NCBI GenBank assembly: GCA_951406725.2
Contig: OX597835.1
Coordinates: 42,284,001 to 42,348,000 of the forward strand
DNA: 64,000 nt
Reading direction: 5' to 3'
DNA from: Octopus vulgaris
Taxonomy: Eukaryota
Part shown: positions 12,593-25,538 of the stretch, piece after piece
How the letters are laid out: every line of letters begins with the position of its first letter
Numbering within the stretch: position 1 is the stretch's first letter
Position numbers and translations under genes: made by a program
The notes under the pieces: model-generated
What the model saw: only the letters and a program-made list of their open reading frames with translations
What the model was told of the DNA's origin: nothing
The model's database searches: none

Positions 12593-13077
12593 TATATATA
12601 ATTTAGAAGTTTACAATAAGCGGAGAGAAAAAAAAGGGTTGAGAAGATTCCAAGCTGGTGCCATGATAAAATGGATCCAATAAGCTCTATAAAGGGGTTG
12701 GTGATAGGAAAGGGGATTCACCTGTCAAAATGAAGCCCAACACATTTTTATGTACCCATTGTTGTAATTCCATTTGCACGAGGTTTTCTTTTAAGAATTA
12801 GTTGCTTCAATTTTATTATTTTATTGCTGTAATTAATATTGAATTTTATTTTTTTATTCTTTGAACTGATTTCCAACCAGAACTGCCCTTCCTTCACACA
12901 AACTCTGTTTGATTCCTTTTCAAAATTGTTCACCACAGAACCCCACCCCCATCTCCTCCCTCGACCCCCACCAAACATTCAGTGACGTTAATTTGTTTCT
13001 CTTTAATTTCTTTCGTTCGTTAACCATCGTTGTTTACCTTTTATTTTTTAATTGCCAACTCTGGAAAATTTCTTCAG

Positions 13078-13086
13078 GAAGAACAG
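13078..13086 (+). CDS. Candidate 9-nt alternative microexon (EEQ)
   Basis: tttcttcAG|GAAGAACAG|GTAACT; phase 0-0 in a phase-0 intron; long upstream pyrimidine tract and TGC at 13053-13055. Confidence 0.6.
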
Positions 13087-14845
13087 GTAACTGTGACCGG
13101 CACCAACAACTGCCTAAACAGCAGTTATCTGTTGTATACACTCACTTTAGTCTTCTACACCATTACACTTTAGAATATTTACAAATTCTAGCAAAAGAAA
13201 AAAAAAAAGTTTTGAAAATTTTTTTTTTGTTTCTAGAAATTTCTTCGATCCATAGAATTATAAATAGCTTAGCTTCTTATATGGCCCAAACCTCTCAGAC
13301 CTGTCAATTTTCATCCTTTCATTTTATTCATTCCCCAAACATTGTGAAAATTCTTCATCAAAGAATTTCAATCTTAGTTATTGGCATTATAATTCTTGTG
13401 TGTGTGAGAGAGAGACGTGTTAATGATGATCGCCTCCGCCAATAAAGTTCTCATCATCTATTTGCTGTCGGCTTGACATTCTGCCATCACCCAACCATTG
13501 TTTTGCGTCATTACTTCTGGCATGCCAGACAAATTGCTTGGCAGTATTTTGTCTGTCCTTAGGTTCTGAGCTCAAATTCCACCAAAGTTGACTTTAACTT
13601 CTGTTGTCCTTTTGGAGTTAATAAAAATAAGTACCGATTGAGTACTGGGGTCAGTGCAATGCATTTCCCCCTCCCTTCAAAATTTCTGGCCTTCTGCCGA
13701 ACTTTCAAGCTATTAATACTTCTGGCTCATTATGTACTGAGTTCAAATCTCACCATGGTCAGATTTACGTTTCATAAAATAAAGTACAGGTACCGATATA
13801 ATCAACAAAATCATCTTCCTTCAAAATTGCTGATTTTGTGCCTCTGTGAGAAATGATTCTCACTTTCTAAGGCAGTGAAGTGGCAGAGTTGGTTGAGCAT
13901 CAGACAAAATGCTTTGCACTGTTTATTCCAGCTCTTTACATCCCAGGTTCAAATCCTGCCTGGGGTAACATTACCTCTTGGACTTTGATTCTTTTGATAC
14001 CAACCCATCTGAGATTGCCCTTGGTTCTACGATACAAACATTTGTTTTAAAGTGATCTAAATTGAAATCTTCCACCAAAATTTCGTATTATGTTCCAAAC
14101 ACCAGCTGAAGAAAGACAAAGTTGTTTTACTAAATTCTTCACTATTTTCAAAATTAGTTGAAATAAAGGCAGTGTATTTCAAGAGAAATGTGATAACAAA
14201 AGGATTGTGTCGACATAAAGGACCAGTGCTGCACCTGGGTTGATGGTTTCTATTTTATCTCCTTGCAAAATTGTTGACCTTGTGCCAAAAAATCAAAATG
14301 ATTATTACCTCTTGCTGTGCATAGCAATCCACAATTGGCAGAATTGTTGGAGCATTGGCAAAAATACCTTGGAGCATTTTTTTCCAACCTCTTACATCTT
14401 TGGTTCAAATCCTGCTGAGGCCAACTTTGCCTTTCTTCATCTTTTTTGGAATTGACATTATAAAATACCCATTAAGTACTAGAAAAAGGACCCCCTTCAA
14501 TCATGAATGGCTGTGGGAGTGCATCTAGAAAGTTCCTCTCTGAAGCAAAATTCCAAAATATATGTTTATAAAAACAATTCATCAAACCAGAAATCAACAT
14601 TTTGTACATTTTTGTTCTGTATCACCTCTTTTATTTGGTACATTTCTCTACAGATTCATGATAGATAAACACACTCTCTCCCACCTCTCTCCCTCTCCAC
14701 ACACACACACGCATTTTTATTTATTTTATGCTCACACAGCAATATATATGCTTTGTCAATGTTGCTAGACACACACACACGCTGCTGTATATGCATAAAA
14801 ATTTTTCTGTATCTGTGTGTGTGAGCACCCATTCATGCTCACATT

Positions 14846-14924
<79 letters not shown>

Positions 14925-15102
14925 ACATATGTATATATATATATGTAAGTTTATAAAAGAATTTTATAAACTTTTAACAGTATGAAATAATTCATTTTTG
15001 GAAGAGTGGATCTTGAAGTACACACACAGCTATATATGATAGCATTTAGATATTCATTTTTTTTTCAGTCCAATATCTACATGCTATTATCTATAACTTT
15101 AA

Positions 15103-15241
15103 GTTGGCATTAGGAAGGGCATCCAGCTGTAGAAAAAATGCCAGATCAGACTGGAGCCTGGTGCAGCCTCCTGGCTTCCCAAACCTCTGTCGAACCATCC
15201 AACCCATGCTAGCATGGAAAAAGGACGTTAAACGATGATGT
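15103..15241 (+). mobile_element. Interspersed retroelement 3' end, family D, with (GAT)n tail
   Basis: GTTGGCATTAGGAAGGGCATCCAGCTGTAGAAA ... AACCCATGCTAGCATGGAA ... GATGATG; more than ten copies, e.g. near 1545, 10870, 15555, 25620, 28740, 37845, 55240 and 57163. Confidence 0.75.
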
Positions 15242-16165
15242 TATGTATATATTAATGTATGTATGTATGTATAAACTTATGTATAGACACCCAATTCACT
15301 TATACACCCACACACTCTGGTATGCACATTTTGCCAAGATGCTTTTATGCACACTGTTGAGTGCATTATCTGAAAATTTTGTTGTATTTGTGATTGTTGA
15401 GCATTTCAAAGGAAATTCATTAATGAAAATGACCGAAACCTTTGGCAATATATTGTGTTTGAAAAGACCTCTCAAACCAAGTGAGATCGTAGTCGTAGCC
15501 AATGCTGGTGTTTCATAACTTGCATGTAAAAAGCATCCACTACACTCTTGGAGTGGTTGGTATTAGGAAGCGCATCCAGCTGTAGAAACCTTGCCAGATC
15601 ACAATTGGAACTGTTTACACCTCCCTGCCTTACCATTTTTCAGTTAAACTGTCCAACCCATGTCAGCATGGAGAATGGACGTTAAATGATGATGCTGATA
15701 ACTATCCGTATTTTTACACCATGGAGCTTTGCTATAATCAGCGAAATGAGTGATGGAGAAGAATTTAGCAGGAGTCATTATGAGGAAAGCTGCACCAAAG
15801 ACATAGTTACATACTTAATATTCATTTTTACTCTGTAATAGTGAATCTGGAAGTGTGTGTGTGCGTGTGTATATCATCATTGTTTAGTATCCGCTTTCCA
15901 TGCTAGCATGGGTTGGACATACCTACATATATATGTATATATACATGCATATATGGATACAGGACATTGAAAAAACTTTGAACACAATGAGAAATGAAAT
16001 CATAAAAACAACATTTTTTTCGAACAACGAAATATATATACATATATATATATATATATGTGTGTGTATATATATATATATATGTATAGCTCCCATGTAA
16101 CGGTTGATATCTGCACACTGCAATTGTGAACTAGCAGTAAGTATACATAGCTACTTGGTGCACAT

Positions 16166-16211
<46 letters not shown>

Positions 16212-16421
16212 TAACATTGTATATAGTTGGCTTATGTGTGTGTATACACACTCTGACAATGAAGCTAACAGCATGAGTCTCAAATAAATCCATTTTGTTC
16301 CAAATCTAAATTTCAAACAAAAATAAATTTCCATTGGAATATTAATTTTGAATAAACACCTGAACTTTGAAGTGAAGATCTCAAATATGAAATTAATCGA
16401 AGGATTTTAATTATGTTTCAG

Positions 16422-16577
16422 TCCAATTTAAATGAGACCCAAGTAAAAGTTGGAGAAATTGATCATGCCATTGAGAATGTGCTGGGAAGTTTGACTGGCA
16501 TAAAGACAGACATTGACACCTTGGACAAGGTGATCGGTGACCCCAAATGCATTGAAACCCAGCTGAAAAAGCTTCAG
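16422..16577 (+). CDS. MACF1: Spectraplakin exon 8
   Basis: tgtttcAG|TCC ... CAG|GTATGG; 156 nt; SNLNETQVKVGEIDHAIENVLGSL...VIGDPKCIETQLKKLQ. GDPKxIE matches the family pattern. Confidence 0.92.
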
Positions 16578-17048
16578 GTATGGATTATTTTTTTATATAT
16601 TTACATTGAATAATTATTGCCCGTTTGTGTTCCATCTTTGAGTCTAGGTGTGACTGAGCTGCAGCAGGGATGGTCATGTGGTTAAGATGCTTGCTTTCTA
16701 ACTACTTGGCTTCAAGTTCAGTCCCACTGGGTGGCACCTTGGTTGAGTACAATCTACTAGAGCTCTAGGCCACCCAACACCTTGTGAGTGGATTTGGTAG
16801 ATGGAAACTGAAAGAAGCCTATCATACGTATATGCATACGGATAGTTGCATCCATGTCAGTGACAAGCTGTAAAAGGGAGACTAAGTGACCCCTTCCATC
16901 TTGGAGCAGATGCTAGAAACTGTTTGGCTTTCTGTGCCAGAGATTTGGTGGAGATGTCGGCAGCAGGACGTTGGATAACTGACAAGATGGAGGAGTCTTT
17001 GATTGATGTCTTGAAGGTTTATTGCTGCCAAGTGGAAGATCTATGTCA

Positions 17049-17589
17049 CGCTGGTGAGACCCATATTGGAGTATGGGATTCAAGCCTCTTCTCCTTATCT
17101 CCTCAAAGACATACGTCATCTCGAAAGAGTCCAGAAGCTGGTTACCCGCATGGTTCTTGATCTCAAGTATTTGTCTTATGAAGAAAGGCTGAAGATGCTC
17201 GACCTTTATTCTCTAGAAAAACGTCGCCGCCGTGGTGATCTCATTCTTGCTCACAACATCATTAGCGGAAAGTGTAACCTCTCGAAAGAGCTGTTCTTCA
17301 CTCCTGCTCCAGAACGTCAGCTGCGGGGTCACTCCGAAAAACTCTATCTGCGACAATTTCATCTCAATCGAAGGAGAGGGACTTTCTCCGTCCGGGTTGC
17401 GGATCCGTGGAATAAGCTGCCGGACGAGATGGTAGAGATGCCGACGACCGCTCGGTTCAAAGTCGCTCTTGACCAGAAATGGCCTGAACTCTTTGCATGA
17501 ACACCCTCCCTGTACATAACTCCATGTCCCCCTACATGGCCTTGCTTTTTGCTTTTTGAGCCAAAAAATTAACTTAACTTAACTTAATT
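17049..17589 (+). mobile_element. 5'-truncated CR1-group LINE (C-terminal end of ORF2 plus 3' UTR)
   Basis: Open frame LVRPILEYG...LERVQK...LSYEERLKMLDLYSLEKRRRRGDLI...WNKLP, typical of CR1/L2-group ORF2 ends; (AACTT)n tail; flanking ATCTATGTCA duplication. Confidence 0.9.
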
Positions 17590-18532
17590 ATCTATGTCAT
17601 CAGACAATGATCAGGTATCAATTTGCAAATGAGTTGCTACTCTGGGGCAGTCTCACCATCAACCATGCTCGTTATACTCTTCTACACCATTTGGTACTTG
17701 GCATGAAGGTGGTGGGGGTGCTGCCAGCTGCCTTACTCACTGACCAATGTTCAGTGAGTAAGGCAGTTGGCGGCACCCCCACCACCATGCTTTAATGTAT
17801 CATATTAGAGGGCAAATTGTAGCAGAGAGTGAGTTCGAAAATGGTCAAAATATATACGTCTTATGATCCACTTCACTCTAACAATGTCTTTCTTAAAAAA
17901 TATGAGTGAAAATTGATTCTAGATTTAGTATGGTGTCACGTAAATACCATTCAGTTTGTTCTGAAGTGGTTGGCGTTAATAAAAGCATCCAGCTGTAGAA
18001 ACCATACCAGACATATGGAGCCTGGTGCAACTCTCTGGCTGGCCAGCTCTAGTCAAACTGTCCTACCCATGCCAGCATGGAAAACGGACGCTAATTGATG
18101 CTGATGATGCAATTAATTAAAGTCTTAGAATAGTTATTTGGCTAAGATTGACAAACAGATGTTTTCCTTCAAAAATTATACTCAAACAGATTGTAGAATC
18201 AACACGGTGGGAGATTTAATACCGTGCTGTACATAGTTATTTCCCTTTGTGTTCAGTTCATACTCAGTTCTCTCCCATTATATCCGAGTAGCAGGACCCG
18301 TGGAAATTCCATGGCATAAAAGTCACCAATTTGAAAACATTATGTCAGTATATAAAAGACAAGCCAGGAGCTTCAAAATAATTCTTTTGATATTCTGCCA
18401 TTTAATAAGGTATTGCTTATTCGCCTCCTTGTAATACGATTGACAGATAAGATGTGCTTTATAGTTTAAGGAAATAAAAGATGAATTAAAAAGATAAAAC
18501 ATTCATATATGTTGATTGGGAATAAATCATGT

Positions 18533-18835
18533 GGAGGCACATGGCCTAGTGGTTAGAGCAGCGGACTCGCGGTCGAGGGATCGCGAGTTCGAATCTCAGA
18601 CCAGGCGATGTGTGTGTTTATGAGCGAAACACCTAAGCTCCACGTGGTTCCGGCAGAAGGTAATGGTGAACTTCTGCTGACTCTTTTGCCACAACTTTCT
18701 CTCACTTTTTCCTCCTGCATCTTGCAGCTCACCTGCGACAGACCAGTATCCTGTCCAGGTGGGGAACCTATATGCCAAGGAAACCAGGGAAACTGGCCCC
18801 TATGAACCGGGCGTGGCTTGAGAAGGAACAAACAA
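18533..18835 (+). mobile_element. tRNA-derived SINE, family C-related
   Basis: A box TGGCCTAGTGG, B box GTTCGAATC; GGAATAAATCA is repeated on both flanks (18519 and 18836) as a possible target-site duplication. Confidence 0.8.
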
Positions 18836-19049
18836 GGAATAAATCACTATTAATTTTTTGCTAAATGTCTGTCCCTTTCTAGGCTCAATTTTTGTCTCCC
18901 ATTTTTTTCTGGGATTGGTAAAATAAAAGTAATCGTCAGATATCGAAGTAGAATTACTTGTCTGTACTTGTTTCCTGCAGCCTAATTTGTGGCTGGATGT
19001 CTATGTTTGGAATAGTTTATTTATTCTTTTTTCATGTTCAATATTCCAG

Positions 19050-19244
19050 CTGATCCAAGACGATGTAAAGAACCAAAGCTTAACAACTTCCAAGTTAAAG
19101 AATGCTGTTGATAATTTGATCTCAAGATCTGGTGATGCTGATTCCCCTCTTCAGCACAAGACAAATCAGGTTTCTAAATTGTTAAGAGAAGTTGAAATCA
19201 AAACTAAAGATCAAGAAAACAAACTTCAAGAAACTCTTCGTTAT
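19050..19244 (+). CDS. MACF1: Spectraplakin exon 9
   Basis: attccAG|CTG ... TAT|GTAAGT; 195 nt; LIQDDVKNQSLTTSKLKNAVDNLI...QENKLQETLRY. Confidence 0.9.
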
Positions 19245-19939
19245 GTAAGTAATTATTATTATTTATTATTATTATTATTAAAAGTGTCAAGCTGGCAGAA
19301 TTGTTAAAACGCCGGGCGAAATGCTTAGCAGTATTTTGTTTGTTGCTATGTTCTGAGCTCAAATTTTGCTGAGGTCAACTTTGTCTTTCATCCTTCTGGG
19401 ATCGATTACATAAATACCAGTTACACACTGGGGTTGATGTAATCGACTTAAACCCTTGCCCAAAATTTGAGGCCTTGTGCTTTATACTATTATACAGGAA
19501 TATATATATGTAGTATATATATATATATATATACTTACATACACATGCATATAAACAAACACATATACATACATAGACAAAGTTGCACACACACACACAC
19601 ATAATTTTAGACATTGCATATCTAGGACTACATTATCCTTTGAGTTCTTCACTTTTCGTGTGAGGGCATCATGTAATTTGAAGAAGATTTGGCTGCTATT
19701 CTTGCAGAACAAACAACCATGTAGCAACTATTAGCTATTTCTTGACTAATTTCTTTACATTCCTTATTGAGGGCCAAAGCACTCTTGCCTTTGTTGTTGT
19801 CATTGGTTCTGGGATCATTTCTTTACTGTTTTGGAAATCCTCACAACCGTGAACCTTAAGATTTTACATAGACAAAAATTTTATACATTCTAAAATATAT
19901 ATCTCAAAATAATATAAATTCTACTTTCTCTATAACCTT

Positions 19940-21210
19940 CCACCACGAAAATAAATTCCATGGTTATTTTAATAATGAGGTTAAATATCTACCAAAATAT
20001 GGAATTGGTATTTTCCATGCTTTCATGGGTTGGACGGTTTGACTGAGGTCTGGAGAGCCAGCAGCTGCACCAGGTGTCAATCTGATCTGGCAATGTTTCT
20101 ACAGCTGGATGCCTTTCCTAATGCCAACCACTCTGAGAGTGTAGTGGATGCTTTTTATGTGCCACTGGCATGGAAGCCAGTCAGGGGGCATTGGCATTGA
20201 TCGCATTTCAAACCTGACATTCCTCAACAATAGACTAATTGGTATATAAAACTGATTCTGCAGGTAAGGATAATGAAATTTTCAGTGGGTATGTCTGATT
20301 TTGTCTGAAAGGGTTAGTTACATTCAATAATGTAGTCTTTAATATGTTAGAAATAGCAGCTAAAACTCCCTCAAATCAGAGATTACTGTCTTGATCTTTT
20401 CACAGTGAAATTGAATTCCACGGTTATTCAAATAACGATGCTAAATATCTACTAAAAAATTGGAATTGGTATTTTCTGCAAGTCGCATTCCCTTAATAAA
20501 CTTGACTTATCACAGCAAAAAATAGTTCCAAACATGACATTCCACAACAATAGATACATGCGTGTATAAAACCGATTTCTGCAGTTAAGAGTAATGAAGT
20601 TTTCAATGGGTTTGTCTGATTTTGTCAGGGAATGGGTTAGTTGCATCCAAAAATGTGGTCCTTAATTTGTTAGAAATAGCAGCCAAATCTCCCTCAAATT
20701 AGAGGGTACTGTCTTAACCCATTGACTGCAAAATTAAATTTTGTGGTTATTCCAATAATGGATGTTAAATATCTACCAAACACACAAAAAAAATTTTTTT
20801 TCTGCAAGTCGTGTTGCCTTAAACTTGATATGTCTCAACATAAAATAGTTTTAAACATGGCATTCTTAAAAAAAAAAAAAAGACAGATTGGTACATAACA
20901 CTGATTTCTGCAGTAAATGGGTTAGTTGCATCCAAAAATGTGGTCCTTAATTTGTTAGAAATAGCAGCCAAATCTTCCTCAAGTCAAAGATTACTGTCTT
21001 TAACTGTGAAATTAAATTTTGTGTTTTTTTTCCCAATAATGATGATATGCATCTGCCAAAATATAGAATTAGTATTTTCTACAAATTGCATTGCCTTTAT
21101 AAACTTGACATATCAATAAAAAATACTTTCAAACTTGACATTCCTCAATGAAAGATCTGCCATTCTACTGTTAAAGGTAATGAAATTTTGGGTGGATTTA
21201 TCGGATTTCT
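19940..21210. repeat. Degenerate ~300-bp tandem duplication (about 4 units) interrupted by a family-D element
   Basis: An AAATATCTACCAAA...GAATTGGTATTTTC-like motif recurs near 19983, 20443, 20767 and 21050; GTTAGAAATAGCAGC at about 20346, 20669 and 20954. Confidence 0.75.
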
Positions 21211-22741
21211 GCTGAAAAAAGGAGAACCACTTTCTCCTCATGTCTTTTTTTCTTGGGACACCCTTACTGCCAAAGATCTGTTTGATGTTATCTCCCTCAC
21301 CCCCACCCCCATCACCAATCACATTAATGACACATCATTGATGAAACTGTTAATTATTCAGCTATTTTAATTACAGTTCTTCACTAACAACTACTGACTA
21401 TAATTAGATAAATTCATTTCCAGTATTTCTAATTAAACACCTGTAATTTGGTATACAACACTGCACTGGAATCACCCTAGTTTGGTTTCCTTTATTCTCT
21501 TCTAAGACTTACTCAAGTCATTGGTTTAGAATATGTTCTACAGAATTCAAAAATAACAAAAGATTTCAAGCATTTTTTTGTTAAGAACTTGCTTTCATTT
21601 ATTGTTTTTAATTTTTGAAAAGTTACATATTTTTAATTTATTCATTACCATATTTTCTGCTGCTAAACATTGCTTCAATTAATTTTGAAAATATCAAGAA
21701 ATTTAATACAATAACTTCATTATTATTATTATGCTGGTGTTTGGACCATAAATTAAGGTTAAATTTTGGTGGAAGAAAGTTTTAATTTATATCACTTTAA
21801 AGAAGGAAGTTTCTATCACAGAACCAGAGACAGTCTCAGGTGGGTTGCTATTAAAAGGGTTAAAGACAGTAAGGAATTTGATGAAGGGCAAACTTGACTA
21901 TTGGTTGCATGGAAGCAACAATGGTTCCTTATTTTAAAGTCCTTTTGTTACCATGTTTCTGTTTCAATTCACGGTTATTCCAATAACGATGTTAAATACT
22001 TTCCTTTCAATCAATTTTGAAAATTATGAAGAATTTACTGTAACTTTGAAGATACTCAGTTGGTGTTTGTAACATAACAGGAAATTTGGGAGAAGGTTTT
22101 GATTTGGATCAGTTTAAAACAAGAAGTTTGTAACGTAGGACCTGGGGAATCTTGGGCAGGTTGTTAAATGCAAGAATTTAGAAAATATCTTATATTATTT
22201 TTTAACTCTAATATTCATTCTTATTCTACATAAACATCTGAAGGCATGATGCCATGCTGTGAATAATCTAGTCATTAGGCAATATTCCTGAAGAATCATT
22301 AGAACACCCGGAAAAAAAAAAAAAAGCTTTGCCGTATTTGTTCTGGGTTTTTACATTCTGAGTTTCAAATGTTTTTATTAGAAACAATTATTATTATTTG
22401 GCATGGCTCACATTTGGTTTTATTCCTGGAAGAATTTCTGTAACTTTGGATATCCACATGATTTCAATAAGTCTTGAACTGTTCAAAACCCATCTGATGA
22501 TCTTTCCTATTCTCAAGAAGCGAATCTTCTGTGGAAGCCTTACAGCTCATTACATTATGATTATTATTATTATTGTTATTATTATTATTATTATTTTATT
22601 AATTATATCAGTTATATTGGGTTACAGTTATTCTGTGACTAAATTTACTTTCAAGAGAATATATATTTCATTAAAGAATTCTTTGATTTTCTTAATGATA
22701 ATCTTCAATAATTAATATATCTCCTGGTTTTCTGTTTAAAG

Positions 22742-22870
22742 GTAAAGAAATTCTCCGGTGACGTTGACGATATGCTTCATTGGATTACGGATCTTCGGAT
22801 GGAACTGAAGTCTCAACCCCCGTTTGGGGCTCTTCCAGAAACAGCCAGGGGACAACTGGATAACTTCATC
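22742..22870 (+). CDS. MACF1: Spectraplakin exon 10
   Basis: tgtttaaAG|GTA ... ATC|GTAAGT; 129 nt; VKKFSGDVDDMLHWITDLRMELKSQPPFGALPETARGQLDNFI. GxLPETA is a hallmark of MACF1/DST/Shot spectrin repeats. Confidence 0.92.
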
Positions 22871-23367
22871 GTAAGTCTTTTCTCCTCTAATTATGTTTTC
22901 TACCTTGTTTCATTTAAATTAGACAATTAAATTCAAATTGATAATTGCTTTTTTTTTTTCTGTTTTTTTCCCCCTCAATTTCATTTTAATGCTTTAGCAC
23001 AGAGAATATTCTGTCAAATTTACTGTTTGTTTATTCACACTGGAATTAACCATGCATTATCCCATAGGTTTAGATTTTGATGATGTAACTTGAATTTTAG
23101 ACTGACATTGTAGAGAAGGTGTGAAAGGCAGGAACTGGCCAGTTTGAACCTAAAACAGAATATTTTGACTGGATATGACCAGCTTAAATACTACAGAGTT
23201 AATGAACAAAACATTATTACAATAAATTCAAATTACGATGAATGTAAACAAACAAACGAAGTTTGCTTTAGAAGCATTGAGATGTCTTAGAAAGTTAAAG
23301 GAAGTGATTTTAAATTCTCAAACGCAGGCTAATGCTAATAATATAGCCTGAACAGGATAAGCTACCC

Positions 23368-23622
23368 CTCTCTCTCTCTCTATCCGCTCAGTCGAAGTCG
23401 ACTCTCGGTTACTCGATGGATCAGTGTCCTCCAGTCAGTTCTATCCTGGGCCATTTCCCTCAGATTGGCCATGTCCATTCTGGTATCACTCTTGATGGTG
23501 TCAAGCCAGCGGGTTCTTGGTCGGCCTCTTCCTCTCTTGCCACTGACCATTTCGAGCATGATGTCTTCCAGGGATTTTCTCCGCATAATATGACCGAAAT
23601 ATGCAAATCTACGCCTTTTTGC
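23368..23622 (-). mobile_element. RTE-clade LINE 3' fragment
   Basis: KRRRFAYFGHIMRRKSLEDIML...GKRGRGRPRTRWLDTIK...AQDRTDWR, a typical RTE C-terminus, followed by an (AG)n tail. Confidence 0.88.
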
Positions 23623-24659
23623 AGAAAAAAGTGTTGGCGGCTGTCTCATAGCCGGCCACCAACATTATTACAATATAAGAATTATTTACGGATAGTTTAC
23701 TGGGTGGCGCTGGCATTAGTGGGGTCACTTCCTTGGCAATCTCCCTTGTGCTGGTGCCATGAATAAAGCACCCAGTACATTTTGTAAAGTGGTTGGTGTT
23801 AGAAGGGGCATCCAGCCGTAGAAACTATGCTGAAGGAGACATTGGAGCTTGACACAGTCTCCTTCCTCATTGGAGCCTGTTGACCTATCCAGACCAGGCC
23901 AGCATGGAACATGGACATTTAATGAGGATGGAGTCAATCACAGTGGAGGTGCATGGCTTAGTGGTTAGGGGCGTTGGCCTCATGATTGTAATATTGTGGT
24001 TTTCATTCCTAGACCAGGCAATGTGTTGTGTTCTTGAGCAAAACACTTCATTTCACATTGTTCTGGTCTACTCAGATGGTAAAAGTGAGTAACTCTGTGA
24101 AGGACTGGCATCCCATCCAGGTGGGGAATTTATGTCATTGGAAACCAGGAAACCAGCCCTAATGGGTTGGCATGGCTTGAGAAGAAAACATTCCCTTACT
24201 TTACCTCGTTAACCACCCATTTTTGTTGCTTGCAGAGAATTAAGAGCCCCATCAGCTTGATAAAACCTGCTTAAATTATCAATCCTTGAGGTTTTGTCTT
24301 TGAGTTAATGACATTAAGTCATGTGATTATTTTCCCTCCTCTCTGTTGGAGAGGCACAAACCCTTTCACACACATCACAGGAACTTCTACCTATCAAATT
24401 CAATCACAAGGCTTTGGTCAGTTTGAGGCTATAGCAGAAGACACTTGCCCAAGGTGCCATGCAGTGGGACTGAACCTGAAACCATGTGGCTGGGAAGCAA
24501 ATTTCTTAACCACACAGCCATGCCTGTGCCTACAAGCATGGCTGCATTTATACATCGTTATAGATAAATAAACTATAACAAGTCTTTTATACAGGTGTCT
24601 GCCACAAGATTTCTACATATAATTTTATTTCTTGTTTGTTTCTGTTTATTTTCTTTTAG

Positions 24660-24830
24660 AAACGATGTGAAGAACTTGAAATCAAAGAAGATTGTGTCAA
24701 ATCTCTGCAAATAAATGGTCAAGACATGATGGATCGATGCCAACCAGAAAACATTTTCCAACTCAGTGAAAAACTGAAGAAATTACGAGAAAGATGGTAC
24801 GAAACGAAGAACAGAACTCTGAGACGAAGA
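24660..24830 (+). CDS. MACF1: Spectraplakin exon 11
   Basis: ttcttttAG|AAA ... AGA|GTAAGT; 171 nt; KRCEELEIKEDCVKSLQINGQDMMDRC...LRERWYETKNRTLRRR. Confidence 0.9.
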
Positions 24831-25389
24831 GTAAGTATCTAAGAACAGTATTTCTCTTGTGATACATATTATATATATATATATAGGGTTCACTACAGCT
24901 GTTTCAGGCATGTTAGCATATACACGGATATGCTAATCTTGAACCTAACTTGGGGTCCTTATTATTAAAATACTTTGATTCAAATGAATCATGCAAATGA
25001 TGTATGTATGTGTGGGTGTTTTGACATTATAAGAATTTGGAGACTTTGAGAGAGAACATGAAATAATTAATTTTTAACTGTGGAACTCTAAGCAGATAAA
25101 GCTATAAATAACTATGTAATTATGGGTTAAAAAGCCCTTTGGATAGAAAAATTTCAAAAGCTGCCTGTGAGATTTGAACTCACATCTGTAAGCAAGACAG
25201 ATTTTTCTACCATTGTGCCAAAGTGACCCTTTGAGTTCCTCAAGCCAGTTTAGAAACTTTGTTCTTACCAGCGAGAATTATATGTTGTTGATGTCATAAG
25301 AAATAATAGACTCCAAGAGAGCATTAAATAATTTACTTTCGATAGTTGAACTCTCTCCCTTCCCTAAATGATTTCTTCAGTAGACTTAA

Positions 25390-25538
25390 AATTTTATTTC
25401 TTGTTTGTTTCTGTTTATTTTCTTTTAGAAACGATGTGAAGAACTTGAAATCAAAGAAGATTGTGTCAAATCTCTGCAAATAAATGGTCAAGACATGATG
25501 GATCGATGCCAACCAGAAAATATTTTCCAACTCAGTGA
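25390..25538 (+). pseudogene. Partial duplicate of exon 11 (acceptor plus first 110 coding nt)
   Basis: 149 bp matching 24621..24769 with one mismatch (C24752 vs T25521); the exon 3' end and donor are missing. Confidence 0.9.

Noticed and set aside
12909-13445. 178-aa + strand ORF
   Set aside because: Low-complexity intronic composition with no recognisable domain; only the embedded 9-nt microexon (in a different frame) has splice support.
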